Source: Gekko japonicus (lineage: Eukaryota). Taken from it: a stretch of 64,000 nucleotides of DNA. The stretch lies in NCBI RefSeq assembly GCF_001447785.1, contig NW_015165833.1:806608-870607 (forward strand), given 5' to 3'. The notes beneath the pieces were generated by a model. The model did no database searches, was not told where the DNA came from, and saw only the letters and a program-made list of their open reading frames with translations. The position numbers and the translations under genes were made by a program. Shown here piece by piece: positions 9,593 to 21,217 of this stretch. Numbering within the stretch: the first letter of the stretch is position 1; every line of letters begins with the position of its first letter.

Positions 9593-11572
9593 GTTTTGAA
9601 CAGGATTATATGATTTTTTTAATTGGAAAGGCTCTATGCACACATTCCCTTTGTGTGCTTGTCATTTGGATCCTCTCTGTGCTTGGATATAAGCTCCCCC
9701 CCCCCCCGCGCGTGTGTGTGTGGTAAAGTGCTGTCAAGTCACTTTGGACACATGGTGACCCAAGAATTACTGCCCTTCAAAACACTAGATTTTCCTGGTT
9801 ATTTTTGCTGTAACAGCCTTATGTGGCTACTCCTCTGGCAATGCATTTTGGTTTTCAAATCCTTGAAGCATTAATTTATCAACATACAAAGCTATCTTAT
9901 CGGGAGTCAGGCCAGTGACCCATCGAGTCAAATGTTCTCTACACAGACTGGCAGCATCTCTATGGGATCTTTTTAATGGGACATACTGAGGAATGAGCCT
10001 TGGTTCTTTGGTGCACAAAATATGTGCTCAACCACTGATCCATAGACTCTTCTCTATTTATTTAGAATTTACACAGAGAATTCTAACCCCTTGCTAACTA
10101 TTCAGGAGAAAGTGAGGAAGCATGCAGTCCCTTTGATACGGACTCAATAGGCCATATGCACAATTTTCTCTTGGCGAGTCTCTATGTATGTCATCAGGGT
10201 GGCATTGGGGATGGAAAGCAGGCACCTACNNNNNNNNNNNNNNNNNNNNNNNNNNNNNNNNNNNNNNNNNNNNNNNNNNAAATAACGTTAGTTGAGTTCC
10301 ATTAGCTCAACCCCGCAAAATTTACATGCAGTTTCCCATCTGCTGTGTTGAACAGAATCCCATCCTGGAGTTTGTAGTCAATAAAACAGATGGAAGTTTT
10401 CTTTTTTAAAACCCATGGGGGACAAAAAAGAAGAAAGAGGCTCGGAACAGAAATGTGGGGGTGTTTCAAGCAGCCCGGTGCCCTCGCGCTTATTCACTGG
10501 GAGCCTTGGGGAAAAGGAGAAGTGTTTACTTCTCTGGCAAAAGAACTTCCCATTGTGGAAATTCACTTGCTTCTGAGTTTGGGGAGTCTTCTTACTTGTG
10601 GGGCCCAGTGCAAAAGGGCGGAGGGATGTTTCAAGTACAGATATGGAGAGCGCCTCAGAAAAAGAGCCACTTTTGGAGGGCTCTGTGAGAAAAGAGGAAC
10701 CGCTGGGGTTTGGAGTAGGGGAATGCAAACAAAACCAAACCAGATTCTGATTTAGTCCTTTTGTGGCTTTAAATGCTCATCAGATTCTTAAATATGAGAA
10801 TTAAAGCTAGTCATATTTATTCACCAATCTGGCGGTCATTTTCATTTGTATCAATGGGGGTCATATTTCCAGGTATAACTTTCCACTTCGAAAGTGATCA
10901 AATTCTCAGCATTTGTACACCCCCCCCACATGGGTCCTCCCTGCCAAACTGCAGACAATTAGAACAGAAAATCCCCCTTTAGAGACAATTAAAATTCTCC
11001 CTTGCAGAATGGGAACAGGGAGACACAGTGAATGAAGGAGTGAGTTTCTCCTCCTTTCCTGGGAACCTCAAAATGCGAACAGTACCCATGCTTATATGGA
11101 ATCAGAGGGCCCTCCCAAAGCCCCTGAGAGGATGCAGTGATGAGCAGAAAATGAGAACACTGTGCACAGAAATGCCAATCTGGACAATCCTGTTTGACAG
11201 GAAGACAGGATAACTGTTTTGGATGGATAAGGTCCCTGTCATGCACATTTCTGCAAAGTCACCTTTCTCCAGGCTGCCCCTTCCACTGTCTGTGGAAATG
11301 AAACCACACAACAAGGGAATGGCATAATTGTCAGACTTGAAGTTTTCTCACTGATCCCAAATGCTGGAAATAATTCAGATTTTTGAGCCTTTAGAGTATT
11401 TACAAGTGGGAGCAATTTGGGTCACTTAGTAAAGTTCCATTTCTATTTTTTGTACAAATTGCCAGATGAAGATGTGGAAGGTAAACCTTGTAGGATAAGA
11501 TCTAGGCTAAAATCAGATCCAAGCATGAGACAGAGGATGCAGAGCAGAGGTAGGTCCAGATCTGGTCTAGAA

Positions 11573-11716
11573 TCATAAGAGAACATAAGAAAAGCCCTCC
11601 TGGATCAGACCAGTGGTACCTCCAGCATCCTGTCTCAGAGCAGCCTGAGCCAACTGGTTCCTCCGGAGGGCCAACAACAGGGCATAGAGGCCAAGGCTTT
11701 CCCCCTGTTGTTGCCT
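11573..11716 (-). mobile_element. CR1 3' UTR/tail fragment
   Basis: cataagagaacataagaaaagccctcctggatcagacca... Confidence 0.8.
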
Positions 11717-12034
11717 CATCAAGGCAAACAGGAAAACAAAAACAAAACAAGTATCTGTGGGTGGGGGGAGAGGAGGGGACAGATAGGTCTGGTTGTACAA
11801 ACTGCAGAGGAGTTGGTAAATATGACACTAACTTCAAATAGCCAGAATGTTAGTGGTACTCTGTGTTAATCCAGTCCAGTTGAACCCTGAAGAATGTGGC
11901 TGTGAATAGCCTGAAGAAATCCTGCTATGTTCCCTGGGAGGGAAAAAAAAGCCTAAACATGTTGGTGTGGCTATGAATTCTCCTCAGAGAAAGCAAACAG
12001 AGGGGCCAAGAGGTGAAGTTCAGGGGCTAATAGA

Positions 12035-12660
12035 CAAAATAAGAACTGACAAATTAAGGACTGACAGGTCCAGATGGCATGTATCTGAAGACTCTTAAGG
12101 ACCTCAGATGCAAAACTGCTGATATCCTAAACAAAGGCTGCTGCCACACACGCTAAGTAATCCACTTTCAATCCACTTTCAGTGCACTTTCAAAGTGGAG
12201 TTTTACTGTGTGAACTGGCAAAATCCACTTTGAAAGTGCACTGAAAGTGGATTGAAAGTGGATTACTTAGCCTGTGTGGCAGCAGCTAAAGATATGCAAC
12301 TGGTCACAAAAATCAGCCTCCATTCCAGAAGACTAGAAGGTACTAAATGTAATACGAACACCTCTCTTTTTTAAAAAGGGTTCCCCAAGAAGATTCAGGA
12401 AATTATACACCACTTAGCCTAACATCTCTGGTGGGTAAACTGTTGGGAGCTGCCATGGGCTGCCCCATCCTAACCCTGGCTGTGGTGCTGGTGTGGCAAT
12501 GCCAGGGCAGTGCCAGTAGTCAAGAGCTTCAAAAAGATCTCTTTGATGACAGTGCATTCAATGGGCTTCATTGTAAGTGTAAAGTGATGTACAGTGGAGC
12601 AAAAAAAATGCTAACTAGAAATAGACATTCTGAGGATAAGCCATTTGAGCTCATTGGAAG
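12035..12660 (+). mobile_element. Degenerate CR1 reverse transcriptase fragment, interrupted by a MITE
   Basis: Decayed motifs GPDG (ggtccagatggc), PEDW (ccagaagactag), FKKG..D.GNY.P.SLTS..GKL and KCKVM..GAK. Confidence 0.75.
12136..12287. mobile_element. Palindromic MITE, PIF/Harbinger-like (152 bp)
   Basis: Near-perfect inverted arms of about 68 bp starting GGCTGCTGCCACACA and ending TGTGTGGCAGCAGCT; 3-bp flanks AAA/AAA; internal ATCCACTTTCA repeats. Confidence 0.9.
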
Positions 12661-12711
12661 AAGGGTAGAATTAAAATATCAGTTTTTTAAAAAAATATTT
12701 TATGTTTTTAA

Positions 12712-12912
12712 AGCCCTGACCTGGATGGCCCAGGCTAGCCTGATCTTGTTGGATCTCATAAGCTAAGCAGTAATCAGCCCTGGATGGGAGACCACTAAGG
12801 GGCACTACGCAGGGGCAGGCAATGGCAAACCACCCTTGTTTGGTCTCTTGCCTTGAAAACCCTACAGTGTCACCACAAATAAGCTGTAGCTTGATGGCAC
12901 TCTCCACCACCA
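12712..12912 (+). mobile_element. 5S-derived SINE, subfamily A
   Basis: agccctgacctggatggcccaggctagcctgatc...gctaagcag...ggatgggagaccac...ggcaatggcaaaccac...gaaaacccta...ttgatggcactctccaccacc. Confidence 0.9.
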
Positions 12913-13584
12913 TGTTTTTGAACACATCTTCTCCTCAGCAGCTGCCACAGGGAGTGTGCATTTGTGATGCAGATCTAGCAACATGTTGTATTACTTATGA
13001 TGTTTAGGAATGTGCATTCTGAATCCAAACAGGATCTCCTCAATTCTTTAAAAAAATTAATATAGTATTTTGAATGTAAGTAATCTAAATTCCAAACATC
13101 TTTGGGAATAGCACTTATTCTAGTGCCTCGCTGTTTGCTTTTCATCACAGTAGAGGGCAAGGGGGGAAATGTAGAGAGGTGGTAAAGGGAGGATTTGACT
13201 AAGTATATAATCTACTTGACAAGGGTGCCTTCCAGCCAGAAGCAGCAGCAGATGTTCCTGCTAAAGAGAATCATTTTGATTGTACTTCATTTTGAAGACT
13301 GTCTATACAGCACAATGGCTTTCTGACAGAAACCATCCAACTTACCAAAAGCAAAATCAATCAGCAAACAAAACTACCGAAACACCACAGAAAGGTTCCA
13401 AGACACCAAGAAGGGCAAGTTGCCCTGGAGACCAAAATAACACAATATTTTCTTATTTGCAGGATTGCCAGTAAATCTAAATTTTAAGATTTAAAATATA
13501 GAATAAGGCCCACAAGAGCTGTGTAATACTGTGCAATTACAGTGTAATACTATTTTACATCAAGGGCATTAATTCATCTCTGTA

Positions 13585-13780
13585 TGTGTGTTAAGTACCA
13601 TCAAGTCACAGCAGACTTACAGCAACCCCAGCAAGGGGCCTTCAAGGCAAGTGAGAAGCAGAGGCGGTTTGCCCTGGCCTTCCCCTGCAGGACCTTCCTC
13701 AGTAGTCTCCCATCCAAGCACCAATCCTGCTTAACTTCTGAGATCTGATGAGATCAAGCTATACCATGCCACCTTCCCCT
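13585..13780 (-). mobile_element. 5S-derived SINE, subfamily B (10-bp promoter deletion)
   Basis: Reverse complement GGGAAGGTGGCATGGTATAG head; GTTAAGCAGGATTGG joined directly to TGCTTGGATGGGAGAC. Confidence 0.9.
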
Positions 13781-13884
13781 CCCCAATCATCTTTTCAGTG
13801 CTGTGGAAATCTATCTACCAACTGCTAACATAATTCCTTCATCACTATCTGATATCTTTTAAAAATGGCAATCAGGGGAATGTA

Positions 13885-14075
13885 GCAGCCCTAATAGCCC
13901 AGACGATCCTGATTTTGTCAGAGCTTGAAAGCTAAGCAGGGCTTGTATTTGGACTGGAGACCATCAAGGGAGCCTCTGCCGAGGAAGGCAATAGCAATCC
14001 TCCGGTGCACAACTCTTGCCTTGATCGAACTTCATGAGGTCACCATGTCTCAGTTGCGACTTGATGGTACACTTT
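13885..14075 (+). mobile_element. 5S-derived SINE with short box A-C spacing
   Basis: gctaagcagggcttgtatttggactggagacc...gaggaaggcaatagcaa...cagttgcgacttgatggtac. Confidence 0.8.
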
Positions 14076-14489
14076 ACCTTAATCAGGAGAATGATCTGGA
14101 AAAGTTGCAAGGAGAGGAGAAATGAAGGAAGCTTGCAGCTTCATAGAGCCTACAGGAAAAGAAAAAATGCAGAAGAGTTTCTTGCAGCTGAAGTTCATGG
14201 AGGCAGTTATTCTATTCACGTGGAATGCTGGAAAATCTACATATAGCTCAGCCAGTAGGTAGCGTATTAAAGCAAGCCAGAGAAAAGAGGCAATGGCTGA
14301 CAGGGACTGTGATATAATATAAATAGTTACTGCCAGTGAAAAGAGGTGAGAGGAAAAAGCCCAAATATAATGGAGAACAGACGCACTTAGAGAATCATCC
14401 TGTTTCTGTGTACAGTGTTTTCATTTTCTGTCAATCATTGCAGGGAAGAGATTTTTCTTATATTCCCCAAGAGACATCCAACTGCTGAA

Positions 14490-14625
14490 GGAAAGTTTCA
14501 GAGGATAGCCATGTTGTTCTGCAGTAGAACGAAGCTCTGACTCTTGAAACCTTATTCCCCCCCCCCCCCCAATTTTGTTGGTATTGAAGGTGTCCCTGGA
14601 CTGGAAGCTAGCTGTTCAACTGCAG
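14490..14625. mobile_element. Degenerate Penelope-like terminal fragment
   Basis: tagccatgttgttctgcagtagaac...gactcttgaaaccttat...aattttgttggt.ttgaaggtg..ctggact, related to 49923-50111. Confidence 0.55.
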
Positions 14626-14817
14626 AATGGGTGGGGACAGAGGCAGAGGCCACATTCCCCTTATTAAGTTAGGCAACACACATGCTGGGGACTGGAACAA
14701 ATAATCTTCATTGTACACCCTGGAAGGCAGGCAGGCAGGCAGGCACATAGGCTGATTCAGGGCAGATAGAGGATAGAGTCAAATCCCCACCCCTCAAAAA
14801 AAAAACCCAGACCCAAA

Positions 14818-15178
14818 TGTTGGCAGAGTAATTAACACAGCAAAGGTGCACAATATATTTAAAGTTTAGATAAAGGTTTATTTAGGAATTAACATACTTG
14901 ATAGGAAAGAGGAGAGAGAGAGATTTGATAGGAAAGAGGAGAGAGAGAGATAGCATCCTTACTACATCACCAGCTGAGAGGGCAAAACTAAGTGTGGAAC
15001 TTCCGAGAAGAAGCAGGATATTGCCCTAAGAGCAGTAATCTGGAGACAGACAAGGAATGACACTCAGTGGGAGACAAGGTGCTGCTGACCACACGATCCT
15101 ATCTAATTGTTTTCTTGCTGCCCCCTGCAGGGTCTTCTTCTCTTCTTCCTTGTACACCAGACATTGCCTATTCCAACA
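14818..15178 (-). mobile_element. Solo LTR (361 bp), Copia/Gypsy-type termini
   Basis: TGTTGG...CCAACA termini; exact 5-bp TSD CCAAA (14813-14817 and 15179-15183); AATAAA on the minus strand near 14877; internal tandem duplication of about 27 bp. Confidence 0.85.
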
Positions 15179-15906
15179 CCAAATAAGATGAGGTTTGAGA
15201 GAGAGATCCATGGTGAGGTTGAATTTGAGATCTCTCTCTGAAAGATAAGTGAGGATCAAATTGCTGAGCAGTCTGGATGCCTTTGATTTCTATTCAAAGC
15301 AGCGGTGCCATTTCGCCAATACAAATAGAGCTGCTGTCAGCTCTGTAGCAAAGAAAAGAGAAAAGAAAAAGACAGTCAAGCTTCCATCCTCCGGTATATA
15401 TAATTCTATTTTGGTCATGGACTCCCCTGAACATTCCAACATGTTCCAAAATCAGTTCGCTCTCTGATCTGTCAGTCAGAGGGTCTCCCTATCCACTGGT
15501 TGCTGTGCCTGAGTCCTGCCTCCAACATTCTAAACAGTTTGCTGTTCCTCTCCCTCCCACAGCCAGTCAGAACACAGAGGTCATTTGCATATGTGGCCTG
15601 ATTCACCTTTGCCTCAGAACACAGAGGTCAGGTCGTTTGCATATGCGGCCTCACTGGCTTTTCCCTCTAACATTCTAAAGAGTTTGCTGTTGATGTTCTG
15701 AGGTAAAATAAATGTCCCCTTAGTGTCTGTTGGGGGAAACCATGGTTGCAAATCTCCAGGTGAGGGCTAAAGATCACTCAGAATTACAACTGCTTTCCAG
15801 ATGGCAGAGATCAGTTCCCCTGGTGAAAATGGTGGACTCTGTGTCCTTATATCCTGCTGAGATGGCCCCTGTATGACAGCCAATGTGACGTAGCAGTCAG
15901 GGCTTC

Positions 15907-16482
15907 AGCTATTAAAACTGATGTCCAAATGATCAGTTCTCTTGGAGACAATGGCTGCTTTGGGCAGTAGATTCTATGGCATTATACCCTGCTGAGGTCC
16001 CTCCCTACCCCAAATCCTGCCCTCTACCCCTCAAATCTACAGATATGTTCCAACCCAGAGTTGGCAACTGTGTAATCGGCTATGGAACTACTTTCCAGAC
16101 CCTTGGAACCAGGAAAACATGGCACTGGAGGAGGTGCTTTTCTACCTTAGCTGTGACTGCATAGCCCCAAATTAACATAAGCCAATCTCTAGGCGGCACC
16201 TGGAGATCTCCAGCTATTAAAACTGATGTTCAGATGACCAAGATCAGTTCTCCTGGAGACAACGGCTGCTTTGGGCAGTGGATTCTATAGCATTATACCC
16301 TACTGAGGTCCCTCCCCACTCCAAATCCTGCCCTCCCCAGGCTCTACTCCTCAAATCTACAGGTATTTCCCAACCTAGAGTTGGCAACCGTGTAATCAGC
16401 TATGGAACTACTTTCCAGACCCTTGGAACCCAGAAAATGTGGCACAGGAGGAGGTGCTTTTCTACCTTAGCTGCCACTGCAT
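15907..16482. repeat. Local tandem duplication (period about 300 bp) of a TAGGGTTGCCA-type MITE plus flank
   Basis: 15907-16163 and 16211-16482 share cagctattaaaactgatgt...gttggcaac.gtgtaatc.gctatggaactactttccagacccttggaacc...ttctaccttagctg..actgcata. Confidence 0.9.
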
Positions 16483-16996
16483 AACACCCCCCTCCCCCTC
16501 AAAAAATAAGTCAGAGGTGGAGGGAACCATATCTGTTACCATGAGGCTGTCCTCCCATTCTACCCACGTGGGGCAGCAAAATGACTTGAGACAGCCCTGC
16601 CTTATAGCTAAGCAGAAGGAAAGAAACATGGCGTGCCTCCCTCCATTTTCTGCTTCCCTCTGCCGCCCCACCAGCCACAGTCGGGACACTCATCTGGAGC
16701 TTCCTTCTAGATCCCGTTGTATTACTTCCCACGACGAGCATTACTCCTAGTTCATATATAAAGAAAGAAAGGGGGTGGTGTGGTCTTTAAAAAACAAAAA
16801 ACAAAACAGGGGTGTGAAGTTGAGGAAAGCTAAGCCCTGCCTCCTCCCACATGTGATTCTGGTGATACATGAGACAGTTTTCTTCCATCTTTGTTCTCTT
16901 CTGTTATCAGAGAGCATCTTCCAACTAGGAGCACAACAAGGGAAGGGAAATGAAAGGAAGGTTCAGCATCTCCCATCCATGTGTTTTAACTTTACA

Positions 16997-17196
16997 GCCA
17001 GTTTGGTGTTGAGAGCCAGTTTGGTGTAGTGGTTAAGAACAGCAGACTCTAATCTGGAGAACTGGGTTTTCCCCACTCCTCCACATGATGCCAACTGGGG
17101 GACCTTGGGTCAGTCACAATTCTCTCAGAGCTGTTCTCCTCAAGAGCAGTTCACTTAGAGCTCACTCAGCTCCACCTATCTCACAGGGTGTCTGTT
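16997..17196 (+). mobile_element. Squam3 long-form tRNA SINE with duplicated 5' tip
   Basis: agccagtttggtgttgagagccagtttggtgtagtggttaag...ctgttctcctcaagagcagttc. Confidence 0.85.
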
Positions 17197-18059
17197 TGGT
17201 GTAAAATGAAATAAAGTGATGTGGAAATGTGTTTCTTATTAAAATGAATAAAGATTTTTTTAAAAAATCCAAAAAGAAAATGAAGACAAATAACTAAAGA
17301 ACAAAACAAACAAAACAACGCAGATAATATTTCCTTGCATCTCCTCAGTGGTGGGTGAAGTTTGTTCTGCTATTAAGTTGATCATTTGCCAAACCTACCA
17401 AATACAGGAGGGGGAGCTGTGCCACCCTGGTTCCAGTAGCACTGCTCATCATCATAGTTATTTCCATAGGCAATTAGTCTATTCTCACAAGTCCGGAGAC
17501 TAGAATTTGGCCCTCTGCATAAGTTAATATTCTGTCTTGCAAATTTCCCTTTTTTGCCTTTATTCCCACTGACACTTCAAAAATATTAGATAAACACCAG
17601 ATTGTTAGGAGATAATTAACAAAGAACTGTCTCTATTCTTGGGCACCAGAGAGACTGCAGGAGATATACATTCACCACCCACATCTCTCTCCTCCCAGCA
17701 CATCCCCCCCCCCACAATATTCCACACTGAAGAACTGCCGGCTGAAGCCACTTTTTCTAACTGAAGGAGATATGAATATCTAAAACTCCATTCCTCAGTA
17801 AATAATATATCAAGGTGCTCGGCGTTTAATCTAGATGTGGGTACAAGAGTCCAGGGAGACTGTGACCTCTTGGCCTTTGAGTGTCCATGTGAGGGAGGGG
17901 CGTAACACTAAACACACAGGGAAAGTTCTTAAAAATGCAGGCGGCTTTTAATCCGGAACACTCTGGCACTAGGCCTCTGAAGATGGGCTGTCCAGGCCAA
18001 ATGGCCCCTACAAGTTTGATAATGTCAATGAGAAGCTGACAGTGCTGTGAGCCGTATTT

Positions 18060-18607
18060 TATTTACTTTGTTTATTTCATTTCTGCCCTGCCTTCCTACC
18101 CAACAGGGACCCAAAGTGGCTTACCTCATTTTTCTGTTCTCCATTTTATCCTCACAAAAACTCAGTGATGTAGGCTAGGCTGAGAGTGTGACTACCCCAA
18201 GATCAGCCAACAAGCTTCCATGAGAGTGGGGATTTGAACCTCATTTGCAGACTGGACGGTCTGTAGTTCGGCAGTTCAAGACCCGAGTGCCGTGTGACAG
18301 AGTGAGCTCCCGTCTCTGGCCCCAGCTCCTGCCAACCTAGCAGTTCGAAAGCAAGAAATTGCAAGTAGATAAATAGGTACCTCTTTGGTGGGAAGGTAAC
18401 AGTGTTCTGTGTGCCTCGGTGTTTAGTCATGCCGGCCACATGACCACGGAAACGTCTTCGGACAGCGCTGGCTCTTTGGCTTGGAAACGGAGATGAGCAC
18501 TGCCCCCTAGAGTCGGATTCGACTGGCTTTCGAGCAAGGGAACCTTTACCTTTACCTTACTCCAGCTCCTAATCCCACATTCTAACCACTATTGTACACT
18601 GGCTCTC
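18060..18607 (-). mobile_element. Squam3-like SINE split by a Sauria SINE
   Basis: Tail and body at 18060-18241; head (ctaaccactattgtacactggctctc) at 18561-18607. Confidence 0.8.
18246..18560 (+). mobile_element. Sauria SINE (5'-truncated)
   Basis: cagttcgaaagcaagaaattgcaagtagataaataggtacc...catgccggccacatgacc...gagtcggattcgactgg...(ACCTTT)n tail. Confidence 0.95.
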
Positions 18608-18908
18608 AGAGGCCCACCTGGCCTCTCTCTCTGCTTCCTCCCCCAACCCTGTCATCTTCCTTTCCATTTCCCATTCCTGTCCATGGTGGTCCCATCTTGA
18701 GGAAGCAGGAGAAAGGGGGCCTGGAGTAGGGTTTCAGCACCCAGGGGAGCAGCATGCTCTGCGACAAGGTGAGGCCTCAGGGGCTAAGCTGCTTTGTCCA
18801 CATTTGAATTACATTGACACCATGCTACAGCCTGCCACACAGTTCAGAACAGAGGAAAGGTTAGCCTGAAGGTACCTCCACCATGTTCTTGCCTCAACCA
18901 CTCTCCAA

Positions 18909-19402
18909 AAGCCCTGACTTGGATAGCCCAGGCTAGCCTGATCTCTTCAGTTTGGTGTAGTGGTTAAGAGCGTGGACTCTAAGCTGGGAGAACTGGGTTT
19001 GATTCCCCACTTCTCCACAAGCAGCTGCTGGGTGACCTTGGGCAAGCCACAGTTCTCTCAGAGCTGTTCTTTCAAGAGCAGTCCTTGAAAGAGATCTCTC
19101 AACCCCACCTACCTCAAAGGGTGCCTGCTGTGGGGAGGGGAAGGGAATGAGATTGTAAGGCACTCCGAGACTCCAAGTGAAGAGCGGGGCATAAATCCGA
19201 TCACCTCCTCCTCCTCCTCTTCTTCAGATCTCGGAAGCTAAGCAAGGTCAGCTTTGGTCAGTATTTGGATGGGAGACCACCAAGGAACACCAGGGTCACT
19301 ATGCAGAGGCAGGCAATGGCAAACCACCTCTGTTTCTCTCTTGCCCTGAAAACCCTCAGGGGTTGCCATAAGTTGGCTGTGACTTGACAGCACTTTCCAC
19401 CA
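18909..19402 (+). mobile_element. 5S-derived SINE subfamily A, split by a Squam3 insertion
   Basis: Head 18909-18950; resumes atctcggaagctaagc at 19228 and runs to gacttgacagcactttccaccat. Confidence 0.9.
18951..19220 (+). mobile_element. Squam3 long-form tRNA SINE (nested)
   Basis: tttggtgtagtggttaagagcg...gggtttgattccccac; (CCT)n tail; flanked by TCTTCAG direct repeats (18944-18950 and 19221-19227). Confidence 0.9.
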
Positions 19403-20228
19403 TTCTCCAAATGGGTGATTAATTTCCCCAGAGCCTCATTTCTTCTCTTCCTTCATATTGACGTAGACTGGGTCTGCTGCATCGGGGGTGGGGTAGGGGC
19501 TAGAACTTCTGTAGTGTGATGCAAAAAGCTCCAGCATTGGGAGTCTGGATAAAGACAAACATGACAGAAACCCAATAGACTACCTCCCAAGGACCACAGC
19601 AGGCAGCTGCCCATTCTACAGGGACTAATTTCCTCGCCTGACAGACCAGGGACAATTAATGTCCATCATTCCCAGGCAGCCCATAATCCCAAGAGCTGGT
19701 TTGAAATGTCTTGGGAGAAAGGAAGGATGAAAGGTGATTTCCTGCTTCCGCAGAAAAGGGAATGAAAACTAATGTGAAGGATTGCACAGCACTGGCAGGA
19801 GTAATAAACACATCCGTGCCTTCCCAGTCAAAATGAGCTCCAAAGAGTCATTGGCGAGCCAATGAGACAGGACCTTGAAGGAGCCCTTTGGAGCCAATAG
19901 GGGCCCCCAACAGGTGACAGACATGGGCTCCCTTGAAGGTAGTGGCTGAAATGGGCCATACTTATTCATGTGCACCTTCCTACCCTTTTCAAGGCAGGAG
20001 ACATGATGAAATCTGACAAAATCCACAGTTCTACCATACGCTCAATTAATTGACACGTGGGAGGCACAAAATGGATGTGGTGGTCACAGCAGCGCTCTTG
20101 ATGCTCCCCAACAAGCCCATCCATCCTAATTCCATTGATCTCCAGTTCTTTCCAACAGCATTTGATTCCTCAACCTTTGGGGTGCTATGCATTCCACTGA
20201 AATTAATAGAAGCTTAGGGAGTGTTTTG

Positions 20229-20582
20229 GAGCTGCGGTGGCTCAAGTGGTTAAGGCACTGAACTGCACTGAACTGCAGGCTGTGGAAGGTCGGTAGTTCG
20301 GCAGTTCGAGACCCGGGTGCCGCATGACGGAGTGAGCTCCCGTCTCTAGTTCCAGCTCCTGCCAACCTAGCAGTTCGAAAGCAAGAAATTGCAAGTAGAT
20401 AAATAGGTACCACTCTGGTGGGAAGGTAACAGCGTTCCGTGCTCCTTGGTGTTTAGTCATGCCGGCCACATGACCACGGAAACGTCTTTGGACAGCGCTG
20501 GCTCTTCGGCTTTGAAACGCAGATGAGCACCACAACCCTAGAGTCGGACTCGACTGGCTTTCGAGCAAGGGAACCTTTACCT
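20229..20582 (+). mobile_element. Sauria SINE, full length
   Basis: gagctgcggtggctcaagtggttaag tRNA head to ACCTTTACC tail; TSD TTAGGGAGTGTTT (20214-20226 and 20583-20595). Confidence 0.95.
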
Positions 20583-20597
20583 TTAGGGAGTGTTTGG

Positions 20598-20792
20598 AAG
20601 GAAGGCGGCACAGTATCGCCTGAACTTGTCAGATCTCAGAAGCTAAGCAGAGTTGGTACTTGGATGGGGGACCACCAAGGAAGGCTCTGCAGAGGAAGGC
20701 AGTGGCACTGTGTCACCCCCTCTGCTTCTTCCCTAAAAGCCCCTTGTTGGTGTCGCCCTATGTCAGCTGCAACTTGATGGCACATACATATG
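20598..20792 (+). mobile_element. 5S-derived SINE, subfamily B
   Basis: gaaggcggcacagtatcgcctga...gctaagcagagttggtacttggatggggacc...gtcagctgcaacttgatggcacatac. Confidence 0.9.
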
Positions 20793-21217
20793 TAGGGATA
20801 GTTTACCTATTACTTTGCTCACTCTCGACTGCAATTTATTTAACAAAAATATTTATATTAGTCCAGAGATGGGCTCAGTTACAGTCTCCACCTTTGAACA
20901 GAATGGATTTCAGACTCTGTGTGGTTTGCCATCAGAGGTTGTGGCTTTTGCTGAGACTGCAGTGAAACAGTAGCTGATGATTGTTCGGCACTCCAGGAGG
21001 AACATCTCACTGCTGGTACACACTTGAAAGCACCTCTTTATATCAAGAGAAAACTTTTGTTCAGGAGGGCAGCTTGCCCAGATGATCCCACCCCACATGA
21101 TATTATGAGATGAGAAGAAGCACAGATTGCAGGACTCTTGGTCTTACTTTGAATTACTGTTCCGTGGCTTTGGGAGAATCTGTAGATTCAGGTGAAAAGC
21201 TGGCATGTTCACTTCAA

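Noticed and set aside
10195-10790. Possible DNA element around the gap at 10230-10279
   Set aside because: I could not find matching TIRs or a TSD.
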